64,000 nucleotides of DNA from Fimbriimonadales bacterium (GCA_041744215.1 JBGTLG010000039.1:116333-180332), one strand, 5' to 3'. Counted from the first letter of the stretch, positions 19,525 through 29,413 are shown. Notes: a model not told the origin generated them from the letters alone. Made by a program: numbers and translations.

Positions 19525-20207
19525 CCTTCTTTCGCCAACACGTCTGCGAAGTACGCGTCGTCCTTCGCTCGATACACTTCGGGTAGAAGGGGCGCAAAAC
19601 CGTACTTGCACTCGGTCAGACCCAAACGAACTGCCCACGCGGAGTCGCCGTAGCTATAGTGCCACCATTCGTCGCGGCAGTTAGTGAACCCGGCGCGCAC
19701 CAATGCGTCGAACAGGACTTTCCTTCCCTCCGAGATAGGTGCCGGCAATCCCGGCTTAAACGTTGGCGCATTGAGAAACCTCTCGCCTTCGCCGTGGAGA
19801 TCAATGGGCTCGTTTCTCGCATCGAGTAGCCACACATCGACTGCCCCTCCTGTGGTGTGACCTGGAGGCGCCTTTTGATCGTATGGGGCATAAAATCTGT
19901 TCGTCATCCTTCTTAGCGTCGCGTAACTTCTTCGCGGGTCCTCTAACCGAAGCTTTTCAAAGTAGCGATCATAAACAAACTTCTGGCGCTCGATCGACCG
20001 CCAGGCTTCTCGGAGGCCCAGATTGAGTCCGCGCGGTAGGTGAGATTGTGCGAGGTCGAGCATTCTCGCAACCGACTCGCGCGCGAATGGCACTGCAAAA
20101 TCTCGGAGTACCGGCAGGACGCTGGCGAGTTCGACAAGTCGCTCTTGATTGTCGATCACTCGGACCCGATTCAGCGCGGCGATTGGTTCGTTAGGAAGTC
20201 TCGTCAC
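19521..20207 (-). CDS. M15 (VanX/DdpX-like) D-Ala-D-Ala dipeptidase
   Basis: GHTTGGAVDV and EWWHY zinc-binding motifs. Confidence 0.87.
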   Translation of the reverse strand: MTRLPNEPIAALNRVRVIDNQERLVELASVLPVLRDFAVPFARESVARMLDLAQSHLPRGLNLGLREAWRSIERQKFVYDRYFEKLRLEDPRRSYATLRRMTNRFYAPYDQKAPPGHTTGGAVDVWLLDARNEPIDLHGEGERFLNAPTFKPGLPAPISEGRKVLFDALVRAGFTNCRDEWWHYSYGDSAWAVRLGLTECKYGFAPLLPEVYRAKDDAYFADVLAKEG

Positions 20208-20208
20208 G

Positions 20209-21333
20209 TTATCGACGGAAGAACACGAAGTAGAGCAGGAGTCCGATTCCCACGAATTTCATCGTATCTTGCGTGCGGTAAGAACTCACCGGATACGGCA
20301 CATCGATGGTGTCCTCTGGCTTGAGGAGCACGTCTTGCAACTTCCCTGCTTGAATCTGGCGGACGTCATAGATGTCAACTTTGACGGCCCCCGTCGTATC
20401 GCGGCGTGATAGTCGCACCCTGTTTAGCCCTGCCGCCTCGAATGGTTGCGCGTCGAGGATCGCATCTGTGATCGTCATGCCCGGCTTGTACGGAAGCAGT
20501 CCGGGCCGCGCGACAGAACCTCGGACAAAGATGTGTTCACGGACTTCGCGGACTCCGACCACAATCTTTGTCCCGGGTTCAACTTTCATGTCAGCGTCAC
20601 CGAGCAACTGGAAGTTAAACGGATCTTGGTCCGGGCCTGTGATTTCGACCCGCTCCGGGTTTGCATCGGACCGCAGCCCGCCGGAGAGTTCGATGGCCTT
20701 TCGCACCGTCATATCCTCGGCGAACTCAACGATGCCCGGCCTCATGACTGCGCCGAGCACGGACACTTGGAAGCTTGCGACTTTCAGAGGAAGGAAGATG
20801 CGATCTCCGGGCCGCAGCAAGGGGTTGCCGGCGTCATTTCCGGCTTGATACTGCGTGAAGTCGATCGTCCCAACTTCGCCGCTAAGACGCGTGATTCGGA
20901 CATTCTTGAGGTCTGCGACCGTCGTCGGGTCGGCAATCGTCAACACGTCGGACAGCTTCAACCCTTCCCTAAACGCCACGTCGAGTGGATTTCTCACGGC
21001 GCCGCCTACATTGACCGGCAATGGTTGCTGTGCAGACGGACTACTCTCACCCTTGATGCGGATCGCTACGGTCGCCTTTGGCATTACCTGTTGGCGGACC
21101 AGTTCCCTCGATACCTTTTGGGCAGCCTGCTGCGGCGTCAGCCCCTGGACCTCTACCGCCCCTATGTACTTGATCAACAAGAGCCCTTGGGACGTAATGG
21201 TGTAGTCAGAATTGAGCGTCGCGTCTTCATCGCACGTCAGTGTAACGACATCCCCAGGCTTCAGTGCGGATTGGGCCAGCGCACCCCCGACAGAAAAGGC
21301 CGCGAGGACAAAGAGAACTGCAGCGCGCAACAT
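20209..21333 (-). CDS. polysaccharide export (Poly_export/SLBB repeat) protein
   Basis: Signal peptide, LKPGDVV..IG.V.V.GLT domain, three G[AS]V.[NR]P SLBB-like repeats, C-terminal hydrophobic anchor. Confidence 0.82.
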   Translation of the reverse strand: MLRAAVLFVLAAFSVGGALAQSALKPGDVVTLTCDEDATLNSDYTITSQGLLLIKYIGAVEVQGLTPQQAAQKVSRELVRQQVMPKATVAIRIKGESSPSAQQPLPVNVGGAVRNPLDVAFREGLKLSDVLTIADPTTVADLKNVRITRLSGEVGTIDFTQYQAGNDAGNPLLRPGDRIFLPLKVASFQVSVLGAVMRPGIVEFAEDMTVRKAIELSGGLRSDANPERVEITGPDQDPFNFQLLGDADMKVEPGTKIVVGVREVREHIFVRGSVARPGLLPYKPGMTITDAILDAQPFEAAGLNRVRLSRRDTTGAVKVDIYDVRQIQAGKLQDVLLKPEDTIDVPYPVSSYRTQDTMKFVGIGLLLYFVFFRR

Positions 21334-21390
21334 TTCGAAAGCCTACCCCGCAATTGTGCTTTGTTTTTGTTCTCGGTGTATCCTGTCGCC

Positions 21391-21891
21391 GTGGCACGCC
21401 TGCTTCCGCACCAGATATGGGTCGAGACGGACCGGCCAAAATTCCCACACAGGTGCGCGTGTTGCAACGGGCCTGCGGAAACGGAGTACCGACCCACTCC
21501 TCCCCAGCGCGCGCGGGGGCTTCCGCCACCTGATGCTCCGCTCAGTATTCCCTACTGCGAAGCTTGCCTCAAGGCGTTTCGATTTCGGCAGTCGTTGGCT
21601 ACGCGCGGTCTGGTTGCATTAAATGTCGCGGTGTGGGGTTCGTACGCTCTGCTTAGCGTGCTGCCGCTCTCAATGGCGTTCGCGATCATGATTCCAGCGG
21701 GCGCAGCGATCTACGCACCGCTATGGCTGAAAGGACGCACGATGCCGTCGCCGAGTTTTGGAGGTGTCGCCGTGAGGGCAATCTGGTATCGGAAATCAAC
21801 ATATGTCTTCTCGTTCGCAAATGAAGCGTACGGGAAGTCATTCGAGCACGCAAACTCGAGTGACTTGACTCCGGATGACCTGAAGAGATAA
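21391..21891 (+). CDS. hypothetical Cys-motif membrane protein
   Basis: CACC...PYCEAC, two TM helices; GTG at 21391 preceded by TATCCT; the longer upstream ORF part is antisense to the SLBB gene. Confidence 0.65.
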   Translation: MARLLPHQIWVETDRPKFPHRCACCNGPAETEYRPTPPQRARGLPPPDAPLSIPYCEACLKAFRFRQSLATRGLVALNVAVWGSYALLSVLPLSMAFAIMIPAGAAIYAPLWLKGRTMPSPSFGGVAVRAIWYRKSTYVFSFANEAYGKSFEHANSSDLTPDDLKR

Positions 21892-22058
21892 GCACGGATA
21901 CGTATCAGGTCGCTCGTTGTTCCCTATCGGAATGACAACAATGCACAGTTCCATCTGCGTGCTGTATGCGGATTCGGCACATATACGGCGGCTGTAGACC
22001 ATTTACAACATTCAATTCTCATTCATCGCACACGGCTCTGACCGGTAAACTCGGAACG

Positions 22059-23471
22059 ATGGATTACCGAATTGAGAAGGACTCTTTGGGCGATGTTTCT
22101 GTCCCGAATGACGCGTATTGGGGCAGCCAGGCCGAGCGAAGTCGGCAGCTGTTTCAGATCACTGGTCTCACCGAGCACCCCCAGATGATCGACGCGTACG
22201 TGATGCTAAAGAAAGCGTGTGCCCAAGCGAACAAAGAGCTCGGGCTGGTCGACGCAAAGATTGCGGACGCGATCATCCAGGCTGCCAATGAAACACTAGA
22301 AGGGGGGGGGATCGGAGCAACTTTGAGGAAGCAGTTTCCGGTCGACGTTTTTCACATGGGAGCGGGCACGAGCTTTAACATGAACGTCAACGAGGTGCTG
22401 GCCAATCGAGCTGAAGAGATTTTAGGGGGCAGTAAGGGAGAGTATCAATTCGTTAACCCGAACGACCACGTCAACTATGGACAGTCGACCAATGATACGT
22501 TTCCGACCGCGATGCGCGTGATGAGCCGCGTACTGCTCGCTCAGCTTCTCGAAGAAGCTGAGCTGCTCGCAGAGTCGTTTGAACAGAAGGGCGTCGAGTT
22601 TGACGCAATTCTTAAGTCGGCACGCACGCATTTGCAGGACGCAGTGCCGATTAGATTGGGTCAAGAATTTGCGGCTTATGCCGCCGCGATTCGAAGATCG
22701 AACGAATGGTTGAAAAGTGCGGCGTATGAGTTAGAGGAGTTAGGGATCGGCGGTAGCGCGGCGGGAACCGGCCTTAACACGCACCCTGATTACCGATTTC
22801 GTGTAGTGTCTCTCCTCGACGAATACACGCGGATCCCGTTTCGTCCTTCACCCGACATGCGGGAGGCGATGCAGTCGCAATTCTGCATGAGCGCGCTCGC
22901 AGCTGGGGTCCGGCTCTTCTGCCTCGAACTGACCCGGATCACAAACGATTTACGGCTGCTTTGTTCAGGTCCATTGACAGGACTTGCAGAAATCACGCTC
23001 CCAGCAGTCCAGCCCGGAAGCAGCATCATGCCTGGAAAGGTCAACCCGTCGATGGCCGAGAACATGAACATCGTTCTATTCCAGGTCTTGGGGCAGTGCC
23101 ACGCGATCGATCTTTGCGTCCAGGCTGGCCAGTTAGAGCTGAATGTGATGATGCCGTCGATGGCGTTCTCGTCACAGTTCATGTTGCAGACACTGACAAA
23201 CACGTTGCGCACCTTCCGTCAGAATTGTGTCGATGGAATCACAGCGAATGAAGCGCGATGTTTTTACTACGCCGAAGTTTCTCCATCGCTCGCGACGGCC
23301 CTCAATGCTCACGTCGGCTATGAAAAAGCTGCAGAGGTTGTCAAGCAGGCGTTGAAGGAAAGCAAGACGATTCCGGATGTCGTACGCGAACTGGGGCTTC
23401 TCACCGATGAGCAACTCCTAGAGGTTTTGGATCCCAAACTGCTCACAGAACCCGGGATTCCAGGCAAGTAA
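22059..23471 (+). CDS. aspA: aspartate ammonia-lyase (class II fumarase superfamily)
   Basis: RIEKDSLG, GAGTSFNMN (AspA-type rather than FumC GSGTQ), QSTND, RTHLQDA and GSSIMPGKVNP motifs. Confidence 0.82.
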   Translation: MDYRIEKDSLGDVSVPNDAYWGSQAERSRQLFQITGLTEHPQMIDAYVMLKKACAQANKELGLVDAKIADAIIQAANETLEGGGIGATLRKQFPVDVFHMGAGTSFNMNVNEVLANRAEEILGGSKGEYQFVNPNDHVNYGQSTNDTFPTAMRVMSRVLLAQLLEEAELLAESFEQKGVEFDAILKSARTHLQDAVPIRLGQEFAAYAAAIRRSNEWLKSAAYELEELGIGGSAAGTGLNTHPDYRFRVVSLLDEYTRIPFRPSPDMREAMQSQFCMSALAAGVRLFCLELTRITNDLRLLCSGPLTGLAEITLPAVQPGSSIMPGKVNPSMAENMNIVLFQVLGQCHAIDLCVQAGQLELNVMMPSMAFSSQFMLQTLTNTLRTFRQNCVDGITANEARCFYYAEVSPSLATALNAHVGYEKAAEVVKQALKESKTIPDVVRELGLLTDEQLLEVLDPKLLTEPGIPGK

Positions 23472-23475
23472 GGAA

Positions 23476-23961
23476 TCACGCTTCGGATTCGGCTAGGAGC
23501 GATTGGATATCAAGGTGCGCCGTGTGCATAGCCAGGTTTCCGTCCGCATCTTTAGGCCATTCGATCTGTGGCCGATCACGATACAACTCGACACCGTTTC
23601 CATCCGGATCGCGGAGATACAGCGCCTCGCTAACACCGTGATCTGCGGCGCCATCGAGCGGAAAGTTTGCGCTCATTACTCGCCGCAAAGCATCCGCGAG
23701 TTCTTTGCGAGTGGGGTAAAGGATCGCGACGTGATAAAGTCCTGTGGAGCCTGCGGGCGGCGGTGACCCGCCCGCGCTTTCCCAAGTGTTAAGCCCGATG
23801 TGATGGTGGTATCCGCCTGCACTGAGGAATGCGGCTGATCGGCCCATTCTCTGCGTGACCTGGAACCCCAACACCTCTGAGTAGAAGTGGATGGATCGCT
23901 CAAGGTCTGCTACCTTTAGGTGAACATGACCGATTGCGACGCCAGGGTGGATCGGTTTCAT
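23476..23961 (-). CDS. VOC/glyoxalase family protein (CatE-like)
   Basis: GHVHLKVADL, GGYHHHIGLNTW and DHGVSEALYLRDPDGNGVE motifs. Confidence 0.9.
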   Translation of the reverse strand: MKPIHPGVAIGHVHLKVADLERSIHFYSEVLGFQVTQRMGRSAAFLSAGGYHHHIGLNTWESAGGSPPPAGSTGLYHVAILYPTRKELADALRRVMSANFPLDGAADHGVSEALYLRDPDGNGVELYRDRPQIEWPKDADGNLAMHTAHLDIQSLLAESEA

Positions 23962-24008
23962 ATACCATTCTACGCGCAGGGTATGGCCCTGCCTACAAGA
24001 GAGCGAGG

Positions 24009-24047
24009 CAAGAGAAATGCGGTCAGTGGACAGTCCACTGACCGCAT
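24009..24047 (-). terminator. intrinsic terminator-like perfect inverted repeat after the beta-barrel gene
   Basis: ATGCGGTCAGTGGAC-a-GTCCACTGACCGCAT (24017-24047); minus-strand tail TTCTCTT. Confidence 0.7.
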
Positions 24048-24072
24048 CGAGAGTCGTCGGGACGGACTCAGC

Positions 24073-24624
24073 CTAGAAGCGGAACGTCACGACGCCGTAG
24101 AGGCCCTGGTTGTTGACGCCAGAGTTGCTCGGACCCATCTGATATCCGAGTTCGACACCGAAGGGGGTGCCGCCAGCGTGCCCGTACACATCGTAGCCGA
24201 GACCGACGAAGCCTCCGAAGCCCCATCGGTCGGAACCTGGGCTGAAGGCGGTGTTGTAGATGCCACCGGCCAGCTTGACGTATAAGTCACCCGAGCGATT
24301 CATCTGGCCTTGCTGAAGTCCGAATTTCACGCCATAGTGACCACCGTAGGTCGAGACCTCGAAGCCGCTGCGGCTTCCGAACCAGCCTCGAAGACCTACG
24401 AAAGTCTTTGCGCCTTGGCCCGCCTGGGAAAGATAGTAGTCGACACCTGCGGTGAAGCCGAATGTGAAATTGGCTAAATCCTTCAGGTCGCCGAGGAAAT
24501 ACATCGCGCCGGCACTGACCTCAAACGGTTTGTTTGCCTGACCAAACTGCTTCGTCGGTTCAGTAGCCGAGCCAGCCGCCACAAGGGCGACGCCCGCCAC
24601 AATAGTCACGAAAGTCTTCTTCAT
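24073..24624 (-). CDS. small outer-membrane beta-barrel protein
   Basis: MKK signal peptide, Gly/aromatic-rich alternating strands, C-terminal VTFRF; GGAGGT Shine-Dalgarno. Confidence 0.72.
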   Translation of the reverse strand: MKKTFVTIVAGVALVAAGSATEPTKQFGQANKPFEVSAGAMYFLGDLKDLANFTFGFTAGVDYYLSQAGQGAKTFVGLRGWFGSRSGFEVSTYGGHYGVKFGLQQGQMNRSGDLYVKLAGGIYNTAFSPGSDRWGFGGFVGLGYDVYGHAGGTPFGVELGYQMGPSNSGVNNQGLYGVVTFRF

Positions 24625-24707
24625 GAAGACACCTCCATATGTTGTCGCTGGCCTGCAGGCGATCTATCCATGTTGCGATCACCCACACGCATCCATGCGT
24701 ACCCCGT

Positions 24708-24736
24708 AGTATACCGAGGATGCGCGATACGGCTAA
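24708..24736 (-). promoter_or_regulatory. putative sigma70-type promoter of the beta-barrel gene
   Basis: TTAGCC-N17-TATACT on the minus strand, about 85 nt upstream of the ATG. Confidence 0.5.
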
Positions 24737-24774
24737 GAGGGCGGCCGCAGGCGCGAAACTCCACGAGACGATAC

Positions 24775-25659
24775 TCAGATGGCGAGGCTGAGGGGCGGCG
24801 CTGGCAGGCTCTTCAACCAATCCGCCACGTCCTGACCGGTTCGGACAGGGGTCGCGCCCAATCTCACCAGAGCGTCGTTGCCGCTGCTCGGCTTTGGGCC
24901 CACGTAAACCGCCATCGGGCCGAACTTGGCCCGGCGCGCGCCAAGGGCACCGTGCCAACTTCCGCCGGCGCCAAACCTGCTGGCTACGATGATCGCACCT
25001 TCTCCAGCGGCGTAGAGCCAGCGATTTCTGGCAAAGGCGCGGATAGTGAGGAAGGTGCCCTCGTCCGGATTCTGCGATACGGCTGACGCTCCGGGCAGAT
25101 TCGGCTCGCCGCCGCCTGGGAGCATGTGCGCGACGAATCCGCCAGCCTCAATCGCCCCTTCGCCGCTGAGCCGATCCGCACCCCGAGCACCTCCAGACAC
25201 GACGCCGATCCCTGCGTGGGCGCACGCGCTCCCTGCAGCCTTCGCAAACTTGATCTCGTCGGGTCGAAGATCCCGGCTGCCCACGATGGCGCAGAGACGC
25301 GCGCCCAGGGCGTCGGTTGCGCCCCGCGCCCAGAGCAGCGGCGGCGCAGCTGTGCCAAGCCGCTTGCGAAGCAGATGGGGATATCGGGCATCAAGCACCG
25401 AGATCGGCTCCCAGCCGGAGGACGCCCGTCGTTCAACGATGAGCCGCGCCTGAAGCATCGACGACTCGTCCTCCAGCAACGCAGCGGCTTCCCAAAGACC
25501 CGCACGGCGCATCCCCCGGGGTAAGCCACCCGAGCGGGGTCCGGCAACTACTGCCGCTACTCGTGGCCACGTCCGTGACGGAGCCACGGGCACCTGCCGC
25601 CCCGGCCACTCTCCAAACAGACACACAAATTCGATCGGTATCACCACAGTTAAAATCAT
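24775..25659 (-). CDS. DprA/Smf (SLOG) family protein; start uncertain and probably downstream of 25659
   Basis: YP..L....APPLLW, AIVGSR, VVSGGARGAD, ARNR and GGSWHGA motifs. Confidence 0.8.
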   Translation of the reverse strand: MILTVVIPIEFVCLFGEWPGRQVPVAPSRTWPRVAAVVAGPRSGGLPRGMRRAGLWEAAALLEDESSMLQARLIVERRASSGWEPISVLDARYPHLLRKRLGTAAPPLLWARGATDALGARLCAIVGSRDLRPDEIKFAKAAGSACAHAGIGVVSGGARGADRLSGEGAIEAGGFVAHMLPGGGEPNLPGASAVSQNPDEGTFLTIRAFARNRWLYAAGEGAIIVASRFGAGGSWHGALGARRAKFGPMAVYVGPKPSSGNDALVRLGATPVRTGQDVADWLKSLPAPPLSLAI

Positions 25660-25763
25660 GACATTTTATGAATACTTTTTACATACCTATTCCAAGAAAT
25701 CACGCCCCAAAGTTGTGTAACTCAGCAGATCAAGAGCGCGTTGCCGCATACTTGCGGGATCGT

Positions 25764-28700
25764 ATGCTCAAACACCCTGACCTCACCGAAAAGCGGATCG
25801 AGCAGTTCGTCTCTGAGTATCTGGAGCCCCGGTTGCTTGGCGACCCTGCCGCGCTTCGCGTCGAGTTTTGCGCGGAAGGCTGCGCGACCCAGCAGCAGGC
25901 CGCCGCAGCTGATTGGGTTGGCGTGGAGCCAGGCTTCGTCTGGGGCCCTCCGCACCGAGTCGTGTGGTTTCGGGTCTCAGGAGGCATCCCTCGCCCATGG
26001 GCCGGCAGGGATGTTGTGGCGAGTCTCGATGTCGGTGGCGAACGCACTGTTTGGAAAGGCAATAGTCCGATTGCAGGAGTCGACTGGAGCCACTCGTTCC
26101 ATCGAATCACGAAGAGCGCGCGGGGTGGGGAGAGAGTCGAGCTGTATGTTCAAGCATATGGCGGCAATCCTGACGTACGGGTCCACGGGCGACCTCCTCA
26201 GGTTCCGGCAACTCCATTTAGGTTTACCGACGCGTCTCTGCGTGTGTTTGACGGAGAGCTATGGCAGTTCTATCTGGACTGCAAGTTTGCATTGAAGCTC
26301 TTGAAATCGCTTCCTGCTGGCGATGCCGCGCGCATTCACCTGCTCACAGGGCTCAACGCGGCGGTGACTCTGTTCGATGCGAGTCGCCGCGAGACGCTCC
26401 TACCTGCCAGCAAGGCTGTCCGAGAGGCAACTTCCCCAAAGCGGGTGGATCGATATCACACGCTGACTCCCGTTGGCCATGCGCACCTGGATACTGCTTG
26501 GCTCTGGCCGCTTGCGATTACTCAGCACAAGATGGCCCACACGGCTGCGACGCAACTCGCGCTAATGGATGAGTATCCCGAGTACATCTTCGTTCATAGC
26601 CAGGCATCGCAGTACGAATGGCTTGAAACCCAATATCCCAAGCTATTCGAACGCGTGAAAGACAAGGTCGCGGAAGGACAGTGGGAGCCGGTAGGGAGTA
26701 TGTGGGTCGAAGCCGACACTAACGTTCCGAATGGCGAATCCCTTGTGCGGCAATTCTTGTATGGCAAGCGGTACTTTTTGAAGAAGTTCAATATCGAAAC
26801 TCGCGACATGTGGCTGCCAGATGTGTTTGGCTACTCGGCTGCGCTTCCTCAAATTTTGAACAAGTGCGGAGTCGATTCGTTTCTGACGCAAAAGATTTCA
26901 TGGAACCAGTTCAATCGGTTTCCTCACAATACGTTTTGGTGGCAAGGGATCGATGGTTCCCGTGTCTGGTCGCACTTCCCCCCTGCGGACACTTACACCG
27001 GCAATTGCGAGCCTCAGCAGCTGCTGAAGCACCTTTCCGAGCATCGCGATCATGCTCGGTGCGATCAAGCGCTCTACGTATATGGGCACGGCGACGGAGG
27101 AGGCGGTCCGACGCCGGAAATGATCGAGTTCTTGCGCCGAGCCGCACGCGCGCCGGGGATGCCCCAAATCGCGTGGCGGAGAGCCGCAGAGTTTTTTGAG
27201 GATGCACGGGCACGGAGCGCGGACTTACCGAGTTGGGCCGGCGAACTGTATTTTGAATTGCACCGGGGAACGTACACCACCCAGGCAAACAACAAGAAGT
27301 TTAATCGCATCTGCGAATTCTTAATGCGCGATCTCGAACTACTTGCTTGTTTTGACCCGGACTTCCCTGCTTCGTATCCGCAAGCTGAAATCGAACGTCT
27401 CTGGAAGATTGTGCTGCTGAACCAGTTTCACGACATCATTCCTGGCAGCAGCATCCGAGAAGTCTATGATGACAGCGACCGAGATTACAAGCACATCATC
27501 GAGACCGGATCGAAGTTGATCCGCGAAAAGCTGAAGTCGATTACTGCAAACGTTGATACGACCGGAACGCAGAGACCCGTCGCTCTGTTCCAGAACGCGG
27601 TCGTACAAGGTGAAGGAAGAGTCGCGCCAACGCGTGGCGAGACTCCCGCTTGTATCGTCTGCGACGGGGAACACTCTCCTGTCCAATTGATTGAGGAATG
27701 GGGCGAACGGTATTGGGCCTTTCGCGTTCCACAATCAGCCTTAGGCTCTGTCGCGATCGCGGACTTCCGAAGCGATCCGTGTGCGCCAGCAGCAAAGATG
27801 CGCGCGACGGCGCGGCGAATCGAGAACGATTCTTGGTCGGTTCGCTTTGACCATCATGGAAACATTTCGAGCGTCACATCGGTGGAAGATCAGAGCGAGT
27901 ATGTTGCGCCGGGCAGCCTCGCAAACGTCTTCCAGCTCTTTGACGATCGCCCGACATTTTGGGACGCGTGGGACGTTGATGCATTTGCTCTAGAGACGGG
28001 GCGGGATCTCGTGCATAGTGATCGATTCGAGATTGTGGAGAATGGCCCTCTGCGGGTCGCCGCTGAGATCGAAAAGCAGTTTGGAAAGAGCCGCATTGTA
28101 CAGAGAATCAGCCTTGGGCCGACCCCGGGGATCCGCTTTGACACGATGGTCGACTGGCATGAAGAAGACCGCATGTTGAAGGTCGCTTTCCCGCTAAATA
28201 TCAACGCGACACGGGCAACATATGAGATTCAATTTGGCAGTCTCGAGCGCCCGACGCATCGCAACACGAGTTGGGATATGGCTAAGTTCGAGGTGTGCGC
28301 TCAGAAGTGGGTCGACGTCAGCGAAGGCGACCAAGGCGTTGCGCTATTGAATGATTCAAAGTATGGCCACGACATTTTGGACAACGTTATGCGGTTGACG
28401 CTGCTTCGCTCGCCGAAGGCGCCAGACCCGGAAGCTGACATGGGCACCCACCGATTCACTTATGTGCTGCTCCCACACTTCGGAACCCACAATTGGGCAA
28501 ATGTAGTTCACGCGGCCTACGCGCTAAACGCCCCGCTCCGATACCGGATGCTTGGAAAGTCGAAGGGCGAGTCTCTTCCTGAAGATCGATTCGTGTCGTG
28601 CGACGACCGAAACATCGTGATCGAGGCCGTCAAAAAAGCCGAGGACAGCAATAGCCTGATCGTGCGCCTCTACGAGTGCCACAACTCGCGAGGGCGCGCG

Positions 28701-28844
28701 GAGCTGACTTGCATGCGAAAGATCAAAGGCGCTTTTCTCTGCGACATGCTCGAAAACGAGATTGCGGAACTAAGTCTCAACAAAAGCGGAGTCGAGTTCG
28801 ATTACAAGCCTTTTGAAATCCTTACGATCAAGCTGGTGGTGTGA
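25764..28844 (+). CDS. GH38 alpha-mannosidase
   Basis: GHAHLDTAWLWP, WLPDVFGYS, GHGDGGGGP, GELYFELHRGTYT and NQFHDIIPGS motifs. Confidence 0.94.
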   Translation: MLKHPDLTEKRIEQFVSEYLEPRLLGDPAALRVEFCAEGCATQQQAAAADWVGVEPGFVWGPPHRVVWFRVSGGIPRPWAGRDVVASLDVGGERTVWKGNSPIAGVDWSHSFHRITKSARGGERVELYVQAYGGNPDVRVHGRPPQVPATPFRFTDASLRVFDGELWQFYLDCKFALKLLKSLPAGDAARIHLLTGLNAAVTLFDASRRETLLPASKAVREATSPKRVDRYHTLTPVGHAHLDTAWLWPLAITQHKMAHTAATQLALMDEYPEYIFVHSQASQYEWLETQYPKLFERVKDKVAEGQWEPVGSMWVEADTNVPNGESLVRQFLYGKRYFLKKFNIETRDMWLPDVFGYSAALPQILNKCGVDSFLTQKISWNQFNRFPHNTFWWQGIDGSRVWSHFPPADTYTGNCEPQQLLKHLSEHRDHARCDQALYVYGHGDGGGGPTPEMIEFLRRAARAPGMPQIAWRRAAEFFEDARARSADLPSWAGELYFELHRGTYTTQANNKKFNRICEFLMRDLELLACFDPDFPASYPQAEIERLWKIVLLNQFHDIIPGSSIREVYDDSDRDYKHIIETGSKLIREKLKSITANVDTTGTQRPVALFQNAVVQGEGRVAPTRGETPACIVCDGEHSPVQLIEEWGERYWAFRVPQSALGSVAIADFRSDPCAPAAKMRATARRIENDSWSVRFDHHGNISSVTSVEDQSEYVAPGSLANVFQLFDDRPTFWDAWDVDAFALETGRDLVHSDRFEIVENGPLRVAAEIEKQFGKSRIVQRISLGPTPGIRFDTMVDWHEEDRMLKVAFPLNINATRATYEIQFGSLERPTHRNTSWDMAKFEVCAQKWVDVSEGDQGVALLNDSKYGHDILDNVMRLTLLRSPKAPDPEADMGTHRFTYVLLPHFGTHNWANVVHAAYALNAPLRYRMLGKSKGESLPEDRFVSCDDRNIVIEAVKKAEDSNSLIVRLYECHNSRGRAELTCMRKIKGAFLCDMLENEIAELSLNKSGVEFDYKPFEILTIKLVV

Positions 28845-28847
28845 ACG

Positions 28848-29411
28848 ATGAAAACACCTCCGAAGAAAAGCAACCGACGCCGAACTGCGTTGATCGTAAT
28901 CGGAGTTCTTTTGCTTGCGCTCGTCATTTGGCTTTGGCCGTTCTTGCCAAAGGTACCGGCGCTGCTCAGCCACCTTTGGTACACATGGAGGAAGCCGCTG
29001 CGCGAATACAAAGGGTCCACCAGTCTTGAGAACCTTCAGCAGATGGGTGTAGCACTGCGGCTTTACATCGATTCAGAAGGCGCGCTGCCACCAAAAGAAG
29101 TTTGGATGGATCGGTTGCTCCTGTACCTGCGTTCCGACGACATGACGAAAGAGGAGCAACTCAAAAAATTTCGGGCACCCGGCGTAGTGCCTGGTGAATT
29201 CGGATATGCAATGAATGGAGAGTTGTCTAGCATCTTTGAATATGAGATCGAAGACACCAGCAAGGCGCCCGCGATCTACGACAGTTCGAAGACGCACCGC
29301 AATGCTTTCGACGACACCGCTTTCGAATCGCTGCCGGATCCTCCGAGAGAAGGTGGCAATCTGGTGCTATGGGTCGACGGCGGCGTGTCGCACACCGAGC
29401 CTAAGCGATAG
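28848..29411 (+). CDS. membrane-anchored DUF1559-like protein
   Basis: Single TM, NLQQMGVALRLY helix and C-terminal GGNLVLWVDG resemble DUF1559/H-X9-DG proteins. Confidence 0.6.
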   Translation: MKTPPKKSNRRRTALIVIGVLLLALVIWLWPFLPKVPALLSHLWYTWRKPLREYKGSTSLENLQQMGVALRLYIDSEGALPPKEVWMDRLLLYLRSDDMTKEEQLKKFRAPGVVPGEFGYAMNGELSSIFEYEIEDTSKAPAIYDSSKTHRNAFDDTAFESLPDPPREGGNLVLWVDGGVSHTEPKR

Positions 29412-29413
29412 AA

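Noticed and set aside
20446..21390. 481-aa plus-strand ORF (20446-21891)
   Set aside because: Its first ~315 codons are antisense to the SLBB gene; only the part from GTG 21391 looks like a real protein
24017..24047. Perfect 15-bp inverted repeat as a MITE/REP element or CRISPR repeat
   Set aside because: Single copy in the window, located just downstream of a gene with a pyrimidine tail; a terminator is the simpler explanation
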